DNA from: Candidatus Peribacteraceae bacterium | GTDB lineage: Bacteria > Patescibacteriota > Gracilibacteria > Peribacterales > Peribacteraceae | DNA length: 62,810 nucleotides | Direction: 5' to 3' | Assembly (NCBI GenBank): GCA_030750465.1 | Contig: JASMHZ010000001.1 | Span: 47,203 to 110,012, forward strand | Shown here: one piece after another, positions 1 through 8,846 of the stretch | How positions within the stretch are numbered: position 1 is the first letter of the stretch | Layout of the letters: each line of letters starts with the position of its first letter | Program-made: the position numbers and the translations under genes | The notes under the pieces: model-generated | What the model was told of the DNA's origin: nothing | Databases searched by the model: none | Seen by the model: only the letters and a program-made list of their open reading frames with translations

Positions 1-167
1 ACTGGAAGACGACCCCGGAAAGGGTCATCACGCTGGGCGAAGAAGCGAAACGTTTCACGAGGGAGTACCTGGCCAAACCGTTCAACGTTCACACGCGCCG
101 CGTCGACGCGCGTGGGCGGAGTGACCGCAAGCGTTTCTTTGCCATGAAGAGGCCCGCGAACACCTGA
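1..167 (+). CDS. 3' end of an unidentified CDS entering from the left edge (partial)
   Basis: Frame 3 is open from the window edge to TGA 165-167 (..RVITLGEEAKRFTREYLAKPFNVHTRRVDARG..). Third codon positions are almost all G/C. Composition drops to host-like AT-rich immediately after the stop. Confidence 0.35.
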   Translation, partial: WKTTPERVITLGEEAKRFTREYLAKPFNVHTRRVDARGRSDRKRFFAMKRPANT

Positions 168-439
168 ATTTTCTGCCTGTCCTGAGCTCTGTCGAAGGGA
201 TTCTTGTTCCGAATCTGAATCATTTAATTCCTCTTCAGAAGCCTCACCGGGCTTATTTTCGGGCTCCTCAGAATCTGCCGGCGGTTTCTTTTTCCCTTTA
301 GGCATGTTTCTTGAAAAGTTTAGCGGAATTTCTAATTTTTGGAAGAGATATTAAAACAAATTCGCACCCGAACCCGAACCCGAATCCCTAGCCCTAGCCC
401 TAACCCTTCAAGTAAGTGTACGCTGTTATTGACTAAACT

Positions 440-1111
440 ATGCTCTCCATCGTCTCCACCCCCATAGGAAATCTGACCGATATAACCCTTCGAGCAATTG
501 CAACTCTGACCAAGGCAAATGCAATCATTTGTGAGGATACCCGCGTTACCGGAAACCTGATAAAGCAACTTCAGATTCCCAAAAAGGAGCTGATTTCTAT
601 GCACAGTTATACGAGCGATAATAAGATTTATGAGGTGATCAAAAGATTGAAGAAGGGGGAACACATGGCAGTTGTCAGCGACGCTGGAACTCCTGCAATT
701 TCGGATCCCGGATTTAAACTCATCAGCCAAGCACGTGAGAAAGGTATTTCAATTGAAGTAATACCCGGACCTTCAGCTTTTCTCGCAGCACTGAGTGTAA
801 GTGGACTACCCGCCAACCGTTTCGTTTACCTCGGCTTCCCTCCTCTAAAGAAAGGCAGGAAGAAATTCTTCGAATCGATAGCAGATGATGATCGAACCAT
901 CGTTTATTACGAGTCAGTTCACCGTATCGAAAAGTCTTTGGATGAACTAGCTAAGGTATTGAATGATCAACCTGATCGAAGAGTCTCTGTTGCCAGAGAA
1001 CTTACAAAGATTCATGAAGAGGTTATCGATACAACTGTCAGCGAACTTCCAGAAGTTGCAGAAAGAATTACAAAGAAAGGAGAGTTCGTGGTTGTCGTTG
1101 GAGCAATATAA
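440..1111 (+). CDS. rsmI: 16S rRNA (cytidine1402-2'-O)-methyltransferase RsmI
   Basis: 223 aa. LSIVSTPIGNLTDITLRA, CEDTR and SDAGTPAISDPG blocks match the tetrapyrrole-methylase-fold RsmI family. Confidence 0.9.
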   Translation: MLSIVSTPIGNLTDITLRAIATLTKANAIICEDTRVTGNLIKQLQIPKKELISMHSYTSDNKIYEVIKRLKKGEHMAVVSDAGTPAISDPGFKLISQAREKGISIEVIPGPSAFLAALSVSGLPANRFVYLGFPPLKKGRKKFFESIADDDRTIVYYESVHRIEKSLDELAKVLNDQPDRRVSVARELTKIHEEVIDTTVSELPEVAERITKKGEFVVVVGAI

Positions 1112-1115
1112 AGAT

Positions 1116-2072
1116 CTACTTCCTAAGCGGTCCTACCTCCATAAGCCTGGAAGGTACAATTCTCCACTTTGTAAGAGGCACGTTAATAAAGAGGACTCCG
1201 AAGACCACGCATGTGATACTAAGTATATGAATTGAGGTCAGCTCCTCGCCAAGCAAAGTACTTGCCGCAATAACTGCAAAAGTTCTGCCTGCCGCCGCAA
1301 CAACTCCCGCTTCCGTAACTTTTGTATGTTTGAGGGAGCCGAAATATAGGAAGAATGGGAAGATGAAACCAAGAACCGGTACCAATAGGAGTAACCAAAT
1401 GTTTTGCGGAGTCTTTAGCATCTCCAGGCTTTCAAAATCGAATAGGTGAATCCAAACACCAATTATTAACATACTAAGAATTGTCCTTGTCATAATAATA
1501 GAGTCTAAGTGGCGGTGCTTTATGTACTTCTTATGAATAACCGTAGTAAGTGCACTCAGAATCGGTGAACAAAGAAGGAATGGAATACCGGGATTAAATT
1601 CGACCGAGGTAACATTCGGCCAGATTAAAATCAGTATTGCTGATATAAGGAGTACGCTTCCCACTCCCATTTGCATCGTAAACCGCTCGCGAAAGAAAAT
1701 TACTCCAAAAAGTACCACCCAGAACGGAAGCAAACTTGTAAACAGCACTGTTTCAGAAGCCGAAACGTATTGAAGTCCTGTAAAGAACAGGATCGGACTT
1801 CCCACTCCTCCGGTAAGAGTAGAAAGTAATGTTCCGAAAAGATCCTTTCGCGTCATTCCCCATCTTGCACCTCTCTCCAGCGCCATCATCTCATGCGCGA
1901 TTAGGATAATGCTCATTATTACAAGCGTCATGAAGTAAAGACCCAAGGGAGTCCAGCCTCTGGCATAAAGAACCTTCGAAAATACCGGCGTCATGTTCGC
2001 CAAAATCACCGCAACCATCATTTGTGCGAGTGCAAACTGTCTTACCGATGGGCGCGAAGCAAAAAACATCAC
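1116..2072 (-). CDS. EamA/DMT-superfamily permease
   Basis: 318 aa with about 10 hydrophobic helices in two similar halves, which is the typical EamA pattern. Confidence 0.75.
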   Translation of the reverse strand: MMFFASRPSVRQFALAQMMVAVILANMTPVFSKVLYARGWTPLGLYFMTLVIMSIILIAHEMMALERGARWGMTRKDLFGTLLSTLTGGVGSPILFFTGLQYVSASETVLFTSLLPFWVVLFGVIFFRERFTMQMGVGSVLLISAILILIWPNVTSVEFNPGIPFLLCSPILSALTTVIHKKYIKHRHLDSIIMTRTILSMLIIGVWIHLFDFESLEMLKTPQNIWLLLLVPVLGFIFPFFLYFGSLKHTKVTEAGVVAAAGRTFAVIAASTLLGEELTSIHILSITCVVFGVLFINVPLTKWRIVPSRLMEVGPLRK

Positions 2073-2122
2073 CCGAATGATACAGGCGACTTTTAATTAC
2101 GGAAAATATTTAGATAAATAAA

Positions 2123-2746
2123 TTATTTCCCACCTTTCTCTTGCTTCCTCCTAAACTCTTCCGCTAACCGATCTCTTAGTGTTCTTTTTATCGTCCATTC
2201 TTGTTGGGGTCTTGGGTCCTGCTCGCTTTTTCTTTCCAGATAAGCTTCCAAATCCTCCTCTACCGGTTGCGGCGGTGGAGTCTTGTCAGGAACAGCATCG
2301 GCTTCTCCACCTCCATTCGGATCCTTAGCATTTGCGAGCCTTAGATAACCTTCAACACCATGGGAAACGACTTTTAATATCACTCCGTAAGCATTTCTGA
2401 ATATCTCATCAAATTTCTCCTCCAATTCTCCCGCTCCATCGGGCAACTTGGCCTTGAGTGCTCTACGAGCCACCTCTTTTGCTTCTTGATTATTAACTCC
2501 GCCTTTCTCAAGTAATGGAGTTAGAACACATAGCTTACAAACTCTGTCTAACCACATGTGACGCTCTCCTGCGTACTGGTCAGAACCATCAAAATGCTCT
2601 TCCAACCCGAAATGGACAAGTTCTTTTTCATATTTTTGTTTTAAGTCTCGCAATAATTGATTCGTTTCGTTGTTTGACTCGATATCTATACATATAGCTC
2701 TGGGGCTTTCTTGATCAGGGCCGTCTCTGCGTGATTCAGATGTCAT
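2123..2746 (-). CDS. hypothetical protein
   Basis: 207 aa ORF. Its ATG lies 2 nt after the stop of the upstream ORF, so it appears to be the last gene of a minus-strand operon starting with the M23 peptidase. Confidence 0.55.
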   Translation of the reverse strand: MTSESRRDGPDQESPRAICIDIESNNETNQLLRDLKQKYEKELVHFGLEEHFDGSDQYAGERHMWLDRVCKLCVLTPLLEKGGVNNQEAKEVARRALKAKLPDGAGELEEKFDEIFRNAYGVILKVVSHGVEGYLRLANAKDPNGGGEADAVPDKTPPPQPVEEDLEAYLERKSEQDPRPQQEWTIKRTLRDRLAEEFRRKQEKGGK

Positions 2747-2748
2747 AA

Positions 2749-3339
2749 TTATGCAGCTCTTGGTAATTTAAAATCCTGAGGCTCCGGCTCTTCTTCCAAT
2801 CCTGAGTAATCCGGTTCCCCTTTTCTCTGCAAAAACCTCTGCTTCACTTCTTTGTCTGACATTGCAAAAAGTTTTGGCCAATTTTTAATTCGATCCACAT
2901 CAATCTTTTCCGCATATGTATATCCTCGATGATGCGACGACAACTTTTTCCATTTATGCTTTTTTTCATCTATTACATCCTGCACAACTTGCCTTGTAGC
3001 ATTCCTGATGAGACCTGGTTCTTTGGAGCCACCTGCCTCTTCTGCATTTTTCTTTGCAATTGCAAGGATTTTCTCTTTGTAGATTGCTACAAACTTAGCA
3101 GCAATCTCCTTGTCTTCATCTTTCATAGTGTCCCCTGCAAATATTTTTTGAAGCCCGCGCAGCCCGCCCAATTGCCTGTGAATCTTTTGAAGTTTTTCTA
3201 ACAACAATTCTCTATCTGCAATATTCCCCTCTGTCTGAGGATAACCAGTCGGAAATAAAACATCTTTTCCTTCATCACCTTCCTCATCCAAAACTTTGTA
3301 TAACAATCTTCGACCCAAAAATCCAAAAAATTCATCCAC
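2749..3339 (-). CDS. hypothetical protein, probable downstream half of a frame-split gene
   Basis: 196 aa from GTG 3339. This frame is actually open up to 3414 and overlaps the 3' part of ORF 3198-3668. Confidence 0.5.
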   Translation of the reverse strand: MDEFFGFLGRRLLYKVLDEEGDEGKDVLFPTGYPQTEGNIADRELLLEKLQKIHRQLGGLRGLQKIFAGDTMKDEDKEIAAKFVAIYKEKILAIAKKNAEEAGGSKEPGLIRNATRQVVQDVIDEKKHKWKKLSSHHRGYTYAEKIDVDRIKNWPKLFAMSDKEVKQRFLQRKGEPDYSGLEEEPEPQDFKLPRAA

Positions 3340-3668
3340 TCTTTTATCCCTTCGATCGGGACGGTCTCTCTCTCTCTGTAAAAATGGGCCATCTCTTCTC
3401 CCGTCACAACACCATCAGCTAAATCATTTAAACCCGAGACTACAATAATGTTACCTTGCCCCTCATTTACAGCTCTATCTGATGCATAAAATGCTTTGTG
3501 CCCCGGAACATCAGCAAAAACTACCATTGGTAATTCTTGCTGTCCTACATGCATACCAAGATGCTGATCAAACATGCTGTTTACCTCTTGAACAAGCAAC
3601 TGAGCATTGACCCAATCTGGATCGTTTTCAATTCCATCTGGCGCTATATCTACTTCAATATCTTGCAT
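3198..3668 (-). CDS. hypothetical protein, probable upstream half of a frame-split gene
   Basis: ATG 3668 lies 4 nt after the M23 gene stop. The last ~45 codons (..FWVEDCYTKFWMRKVMKEKMFYF..) look non-protein-like and overlap ORF 2749-3339. Confidence 0.45.
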   Translation of the reverse strand: MQDIEVDIAPDGIENDPDWVNAQLLVQEVNSMFDQHLGMHVGQQELPMVVFADVPGHKAFYASDRAVNEGQGNIIVVSGLNDLADGVVTGEEMAHFYRERETVPIEGIKEWMNFLDFWVEDCYTKFWMRKVMKEKMFYFRLVILRQRGILQIENCC

Positions 3669-3672
3669 AATA

Positions 3673-4896
3673 TTAATTAAGTACAGACTTAGGATTAACA
3701 TGCACTCCACCCTTTATCACTTCAAAGTGAAGATGCGGGCCGGTTGTAGTTGGGCCTGCACCATAAGATCCGGGTCTGCCGCCGCTTAAGCCTATCACCT
3801 GACCCGCTCTTATGTCTTGCCCCGTGCTGACGCTGATTGAGCTTAAGTGCCCGTAAAGCGTCGCATACCCTCCGCGGTGTCCGATCAATACATATGAATA
3901 ACCTCTCTGACCTCCATCACGTGCAAGGAACACAACTCCATCTGCGCTTGCAACTATCGGACTCCCCTGCGCTATCGCGATGTCCATTCCCCTGTGCGGA
4001 ATTCCAAATACTTGGAAATAACTCGGCTGCATAAAGGTCGCAGTAACCGGACCGTAAGCAGGACGCACAAAAGAAGGTGTAAATGGAACGACCCCGCTCG
4101 TGCCATCCGAAGGTTTTGGAGCAATCAATCCTTTTTCAATTAACTTTCGTTCGGCCTTAGCTCTCATTTTTGCATCAATCCGAGCAAGTTCACCCTGCAT
4201 TCGCATAACTTGGTTATGAACTTCTTCAAATACTCGTTTTATCTCTGCTCGCCTCTCATCATCAACCTGATCTGCACTTATGCGTCCGCTTGCAACAAGT
4301 TCAAGTTTGGATATTTCCTTATTTGCACTTCTTAATTCTTTCTCCTGATCTGGTAATTCAAGCGCACTGACTCTGGCGCTGGCAAGAAGGTCGTGTAGAG
4401 CGATGTATGACGAACGCAGAGCTGAGCTTTTGACAGTTTTTCCGGTTATTAAATCTAATGCACTTACAAACGCTGATGATCCGAATACAGAATCAGATTT
4501 TTTAATTACTGGTAGCTCAACCGAAGCAGAAGGAACTGATCCCCTGCCCCCTCCGGCTCCATGTAAAAGCATGGTAATTCCATAACGTTCCTCAAGTTCA
4601 TTAAGTACTTGGTTATTAAGATTAACTGTCTCCTCCAAATCGTTTTTACGCGCATTCAAAGCTTCCAGTTTGCTTTTAGCTTCTGTCATCTCCTCATCAC
4701 TCGCTCTCACTAAGCGTCCTGACCTGTACTTGGAAGTTGCATTATTAAGAGCCTGATCCAGATTATCCACCGCCTTTTGTCTTTCCGTAGGACTAATTAG
4801 TGCAAGAATATCTGAACGCACCAACGCATGCGTCGTGATAGTCAGCGGTATAATTATAGCCACCAAAAGCGCTGATATTTTGACTCGATTATTCAT
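3673..4896 (-). CDS. M23-family metallopeptidase with N-terminal signal/TM and long coiled coil
   Basis: 407 aa. The C-terminal LytM/M23 block is HRGMDIA..GDGVVF..GYATLYGHLS..GPHLHFEV. Confidence 0.85.
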   Translation of the reverse strand: MNNRVKISALLVAIIIPLTITTHALVRSDILALISPTERQKAVDNLDQALNNATSKYRSGRLVRASDEEMTEAKSKLEALNARKNDLEETVNLNNQVLNELEERYGITMLLHGAGGGRGSVPSASVELPVIKKSDSVFGSSAFVSALDLITGKTVKSSALRSSYIALHDLLASARVSALELPDQEKELRSANKEISKLELVASGRISADQVDDERRAEIKRVFEEVHNQVMRMQGELARIDAKMRAKAERKLIEKGLIAPKPSDGTSGVVPFTPSFVRPAYGPVTATFMQPSYFQVFGIPHRGMDIAIAQGSPIVASADGVVFLARDGGQRGYSYVLIGHRGGYATLYGHLSSISVSTGQDIRAGQVIGLSGGRPGSYGAGPTTTGPHLHFEVIKGGVHVNPKSVLN

Positions 4897-5009
4897 ATTA
4901 GTTTCCTATTATTATAGCGCAAAACGCCATTTAAAGGAAATCCTCTGTTTCCTCTGTTTCCTCTGATTCCTCTGCTTCCTTATCAAAATTTCTGCTACAA
5001 TAGCGTCTC

Positions 5010-5594
5010 ATGATTTCTCTGCTTAGGGGCAAAGTCCTAAAAGGCCAACCAAACGAGATCACCATTGACGTCCAAGGGATTGGATACATGGTGCATGTGC
5101 CTATTGATGTCTGGGATGATGTAAAAGGAGGAGAAGAAGCCGAGATTCTGATATCAAGCTATATAAGAGAAGACCGTTTCGATTTGTTCGGATTTAAAGA
5201 CAGCGCAAGTAAATTACTTTTTGAAGAAGCTATCAATCTGCCGGGCATCGGACCAAAGACAGCGCTTGAAATCTGTTCGGTACCACGCAATATGCTTTTA
5301 ACTGCAGTCGAACAACAGGATATGAAACTTCTAAACTCAATAAAGGGTATTGGGAAGAAGACTGCGGAGAAACTTCTCGTTGATCTTAAGTCGCTGACCG
5401 AAAAACATCCTGAGATTTTCGCTAAAGAGATGACAGAAAAATCCGATAGGACAGCTGAGTATGATCAAGATGCAATTGAGGCCCTGACTACCCTTGGTTA
5501 CCCCGCCGCAACCGCTCTCAAAGTTCTTAAAGAAATCCCGAGTGAATGCAAAACTTCCGAGGAGCGAGTTGCAGCTGCACTACGTTCACTATAA
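5010..5594 (+). CDS. ruvA: Holliday junction DNA helicase subunit RuvA
   Basis: 194 aa. It has an N-terminal OB fold, two helix-hairpin-helix motifs (GIGPKTA, GIGKKTA) and a C-terminal domain III. Confidence 0.9.
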   Translation: MISLLRGKVLKGQPNEITIDVQGIGYMVHVPIDVWDDVKGGEEAEILISSYIREDRFDLFGFKDSASKLLFEEAINLPGIGPKTALEICSVPRNMLLTAVEQQDMKLLNSIKGIGKKTAEKLLVDLKSLTEKHPEIFAKEMTEKSDRTAEYDQDAIEALTTLGYPAATALKVLKEIPSECKTSEERVAAALRSL

Positions 5595-5596
5595 AT

Positions 5597-6868
5597 ATGT
5601 TAACTCTAGACATCACTAACGCGCTTGGCAAAACTATTACTCCGTCTCACGGAATTCCCGAGCAGGATTTGGACTCAATGCGCACAACTATGAAGCGATA
5701 TATGGAGAATTTTCTAAGCGAGCGCAAGAACGCAGAGCATGCCTGGTCCATGGATCCGTACAATAAGATTACAATCGACGCTGTTAAAGACGTAGCGGCC
5801 CAAGCAAAATCACAAAAAATCAAGAGTGTTGTCTGGATAGGAATAGGAGGTTCCGGACTTGGGCCGAAGGTGATAAGAGAAGTATTTGAAGGTCCGGATA
5901 CAATCGAGTTTCATTTACTAGATATGTTGGATCCGGCGATTGTCGATATGACCATGAAGCTTGTTGATTGGAAGAAGACAATGGTAGTTATTGCCAGCAA
6001 ATCCGGAGGAACTCTGGAACCTATGAGCCTATTTTTCTTGTGCTGGGAGAAACTTAAAGCTGTAATGAAGGATAAAGCTAACGAACGAGTTATAGGACTT
6101 ACTGACCCAACTTCTGGAATACTTAGAAAGTTTTGTCAGGAGCACGGAATAAGAATGCTTACGATCCCTTCTGATGTTGGAGGTCGTTATTCAATCTTTA
6201 CGCCAATCGGACTGCTTCCAATTGCTCTTTTGGAAGGCAATGTCGATGATTTCGTTAGAGGAGCAAAAGAGATGGATACTGCTTGCCAGAATACAGATCT
6301 GGATGCTAATCCGGCAGCACTACTTGCTTCTGTACAATTTCTTCTTGATACGAAGAGAGGTTATCCCATCCGTGTAATAATGCCGTATTCACAAAGGCTT
6401 GAATCTATCGCAAGGTGGAATCAGCAATTGATTGCAGAAAGCCTGGGCAAAACCGAAACTGCAAATCCGATTCCTTTGGCAGCAATTGGGACTCAAGACC
6501 AGCACTCACTCCTTCAACAATGGATGGCAGGGCCCCGCAAATGCTGGCATCTATTTATTCGTGAAGACAAAAAGGTAAGTATAAAATTGCCCGATGATAT
6601 GGGAGAAAACTTTGCTTACGTTGAAGGAAAAGAGCTTGGAGAGCTTTTGGATGCTTGTCACTTGGGTACAAGCCAGGCTTTAACCAAAGCAAACAGGCCC
6701 AATGTGACTATTACTCTCCCTGCATTGCACGAGAGATTCCTGGGGCAACTGTTTTTCTTGCTTCTGACTGAAGTAGTGCTTCTTGGCAAACTTTATCGAA
6801 TTGATCCTTACGGACAACCGGCAGTGGAAGTCGGTAAAAAAATAACTAAGGAGATTCTGATGAATTGA
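5597..6868 (+). CDS. pgi: glucose-6-phosphate isomerase
   Basis: ATG 5597 (MLTLDIT..) is preferred over the ORF-track start that overlaps ruvA. PGI blocks are VWIGIGGSGLGP, ASKSGGTLE and DVGGRYS. Confidence 0.85.
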   Translation: MLTLDITNALGKTITPSHGIPEQDLDSMRTTMKRYMENFLSERKNAEHAWSMDPYNKITIDAVKDVAAQAKSQKIKSVVWIGIGGSGLGPKVIREVFEGPDTIEFHLLDMLDPAIVDMTMKLVDWKKTMVVIASKSGGTLEPMSLFFLCWEKLKAVMKDKANERVIGLTDPTSGILRKFCQEHGIRMLTIPSDVGGRYSIFTPIGLLPIALLEGNVDDFVRGAKEMDTACQNTDLDANPAALLASVQFLLDTKRGYPIRVIMPYSQRLESIARWNQQLIAESLGKTETANPIPLAAIGTQDQHSLLQQWMAGPRKCWHLFIREDKKVSIKLPDDMGENFAYVEGKELGELLDACHLGTSQALTKANRPNVTITLPALHERFLGQLFFLLLTEVVLLGKLYRIDPYGQPAVEVGKKITKEILMN

Positions 6869-6948
6869 CAATGAACAATGAACAATTGACAATTAATTTC
6901 ATAAAACTGTGATCCAGTTATCAATTGTCAATTGTCAATTGTCAATTT
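6863..6948. repeat. inverted arrays of the heptamer CAATTGT/ACAATTG family
   Basis: ATTGACAATGAACAATGAACAATTGACAATT ... ATCAATTGTCAATTGTCAATTGTCAATT. The pgi stop codon is embedded in the left arm. Confidence 0.8.
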
Positions 6949-7008
6949 CGCTAGAACTTTATAGGCGAAATCCATATAATCGAAGCCTATCATTTCCAAC
7001 TATTTATT

Positions 7009-7326
7009 ATGGCAAAAGAAGCTACAGATGCAGATTTTGAAGCCGAAGTGCTTAAATCCGATATTCCAGTCCTTGTAGATTTCTGGGCACCGTGGTGCGG
7101 ACCATGCAAATCCATGCTTCCTATTGTCGATGAGCTGACAACGGAGTACGAAGGCAAAGTTAAGATTGTTAAAGTTAATGTTGATGAAAGTGCAGAAGTG
7201 GCAGGTAAGTTCTCGGTAATGAGTATCCCCACATTCATCATGTTCAAAAACGGAGAAGCAGTCTCAACATTTGTTGGAGCTAAGTCCAAAGAAGACCTTA
7301 TAAAGGAGCTTGATGCTGTCGCCTGA
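7009..7326 (+). CDS. trxA: thioredoxin
   Basis: 105 aa with the WAPWCGPCK active site. Confidence 0.93.
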   Translation: MAKEATDADFEAEVLKSDIPVLVDFWAPWCGPCKSMLPIVDELTTEYEGKVKIVKVNVDESAEVAGKFSVMSIPTFIMFKNGEAVSTFVGAKSKEDLIKELDAVA

Positions 7327-7350
7327 TAATTTAGATTCATTACATAAATC

Positions 7351-7495
7351 GGAGCAATATTAAACCTCACCCCCTACCCCTCTCCTTTTAGGAGAGGGGA
7401 GCTACTTCATTGATGACAATAACTTAGTTCATACACAGAAGTAGTTCCCTTCTCCCCTGGGAGAAGGGCCAGGGATGAGGGTTAATATTGCTCTA
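7351..7495. repeat. compound nested palindromic element (GGAGAGGGG / GGAGAAGGG hairpin family)
   Basis: Outer inverted repeat GAGCAATATTAAACCTCACCCC...AGGGATGAGGGTTAATATTGCTC encloses hairpins CCCCTCTCCT-TTT-AGGAGAGGGG and CCCTTCTCCC-CTG-GGAGAAGGG. Confidence 0.8.
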
Positions 7496-7524
7496 ACCAA
7501 GACAACAACCTACAATATAAAGCA

Positions 7525-7770
7525 ATGGGACAAACTCTTATTGGTTTTTTGGGCCTCGCAGTAGCTATTGTTTTTATACGCTACAGACGCATTGTCGGCG
7601 ATATGGTTGGAAACGCACAATGGATGCTAAAGGTCGGAGGTGTTCATAACATTATAATTATCGTAGCAATACTTCTCACTTTGTGGAGCCTTCTTATGAT
7701 TTTTCATCTAGAAGAAGTCTTCTTCATTCCTCTTTTGGCTCCGTTTAAGTTGTTTATGATTCGGGGGTAA
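7525..7770 (+). CDS. small membrane protein (hypothetical)
   Basis: 81 aa with two or three hydrophobic helices. Confidence 0.45.
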   Translation: MGQTLIGFLGLAVAIVFIRYRRIVGDMVGNAQWMLKVGGVHNIIIIVAILLTLWSLLMIFHLEEVFFIPLLAPFKLFMIRG

Positions 7771-7808
7771 GTTTTTGGTGGAGCTTATCAGTTGAAAGTT
7801 GAACCCGA

Positions 7809-8030
7809 TTAACTACTCCTTTCCAGATATTGCATCAAATCAGCTGGTTTTGTAAAAATACTAACCACACCACTGTAACGAAATTTGAAACCTACTGCTG
7901 TATTTTCAATTACTTCAATTCTCTCCCCTCGCTCCAAGGTCAGGATTCTCCCACCAGCATCTTTATGCATATCTACGCCACTGTAATCATGGATTACTTC
8001 GTATTCGCCACACGATAGACAGATGTCCAT
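7809..8030 (-). CDS. hypothetical protein
   Basis: 73 aa ORF with no recognisable motif. Confidence 0.35.
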   Translation of the reverse strand: MDICLSCGEYEVIHDYSGVDMHKDAGGRILTLERGERIEVIENTAVGFKFRYSGVVSIFTKPADLMQYLERSS

Positions 8031-8275
8031 AAGGTATGCGGTAAAGTATGCGGTTGGTGAGAGACTCTATTATTTTGGACTAATATGTCAAGAAGATGAT
8101 GGACCGAAACAGGGGTGAGCAATTAAAAAGACTGTGCTCTAGCCAACGTCATAATCTTTTGTCATAATAGATACACAGGGGGGCTGTAGCTCCCCACTTC
8201 GTCCGCCTCAGGCGGACTACGAGGGGCAGGTCAGTATCTTGCGCTTGTTGTTAATTTCCTTATCATACAGACATT

Positions 8276-8352
8276 GGGGCTGTAGCTCAGTTGGCTAGAG
8301 CACCGCGTTTGCAACGCGGGGGTCAAGGGTTCGAATCCCTTCAGCTCCACCA
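8276..8352 (+). tRNA. tRNA-Ala (anticodon TGC), CCA encoded
   Basis: Cloverleaf folds by hand. Acceptor is GGGGCTG/CAGCTCC with the G3:U70 Ala identity pair, anticodon loop TTTGCAA, T-arm GGGTTCGAATCCC. A TTGCGC-16-TATCAT promoter lies 8239-8266. Confidence 0.93.
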
Positions 8353-8783
8353 CTACGGGCGCGTCTAAAGCGACCCGAAACCTAGACCAAGAGGGGCACC
8401 CGTGCGGTGCGACCCGCTTGGTTATATGCTCATATTGCAAAATATGTTGGTTGCGTGGATGCCTTATTGATGTTAATGAAGTAATATTATATGCATTTTG
8501 TCGTTGGTGAAGAAGATCCCGAAATATTTGTATCAATCTCTGATGTATCAATCGTCATGCCAACACCCGTCAGCATCACGAATATGAGAATCGTTCTTAC
8601 TCCACCAGAAAGCTGCAACTTTGTTTTCTGCTCTACAAAGCGATAAAGAGGAGGAAGAGTAATTGCTGCTCCAAGAAGGAAAATAAGCCCTGAAAGTGGC
8701 TGCGAAAATAGAAGCTACCAGAAGTGCTAAGCCGAGCTGTTGGAAGTGTTTTAGATTGATGGTTGGAGTGTAGCGTATACGAC

Positions 8784-8816
8784 AAAAAACCGCTGCCCCT
8801 TCCTTGGGGCAACGGT
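8784..8816 (-). terminator. rho-independent terminator of nhaA
   Basis: Minus-strand ACCGTTGCCCC-AAGGAA-GGGGCAGCGGT followed by TTTTTT, about 30 nt after the nhaA stop. Confidence 0.6.
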
Positions 8817-8846
8817 GAGTCTTCGACTACAAGTACATCCTTGATG

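Noticed and set aside
1-305. A minus-strand ORF starts at ATG 305 (MPKGKKKPPADSEEPENKPGEASEEELNDSDSEQ...) and stays open to the left edge of the window.
   Set aside because: Both strands are open here because of high GC. The plus frame that ends at 167 has a much stronger G/C bias at third codon positions, and its stop coincides with the composition break. The minus ORF is therefore probably spurious. It remains possible as a low-complexity N-terminus.
361-407. The hexamers CCCGAA x3, CCCTAG x2 and CCCTAA resemble telomeric CCCTAA repeats.
   Set aside because: There are only about 7 units, they are internal to a bacterial intergenic region, and the same CCCGAA motif occurs inside valS. This is a microsatellite, not a telomere.
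6863-6948. The regularly spaced short repeats (CAATTGT arrays here and at 11887, 15041, 43570) were considered as a possible CRISPR array.
   Set aside because: The period is 7 nt with no spacers, the arrays form inverted arms, and no cas genes are present.
8231-8551. A 106-aa minus-strand ORF.
   Set aside because: It overlaps tRNA-Ala on the opposite strand and includes translated tRNA sequence.
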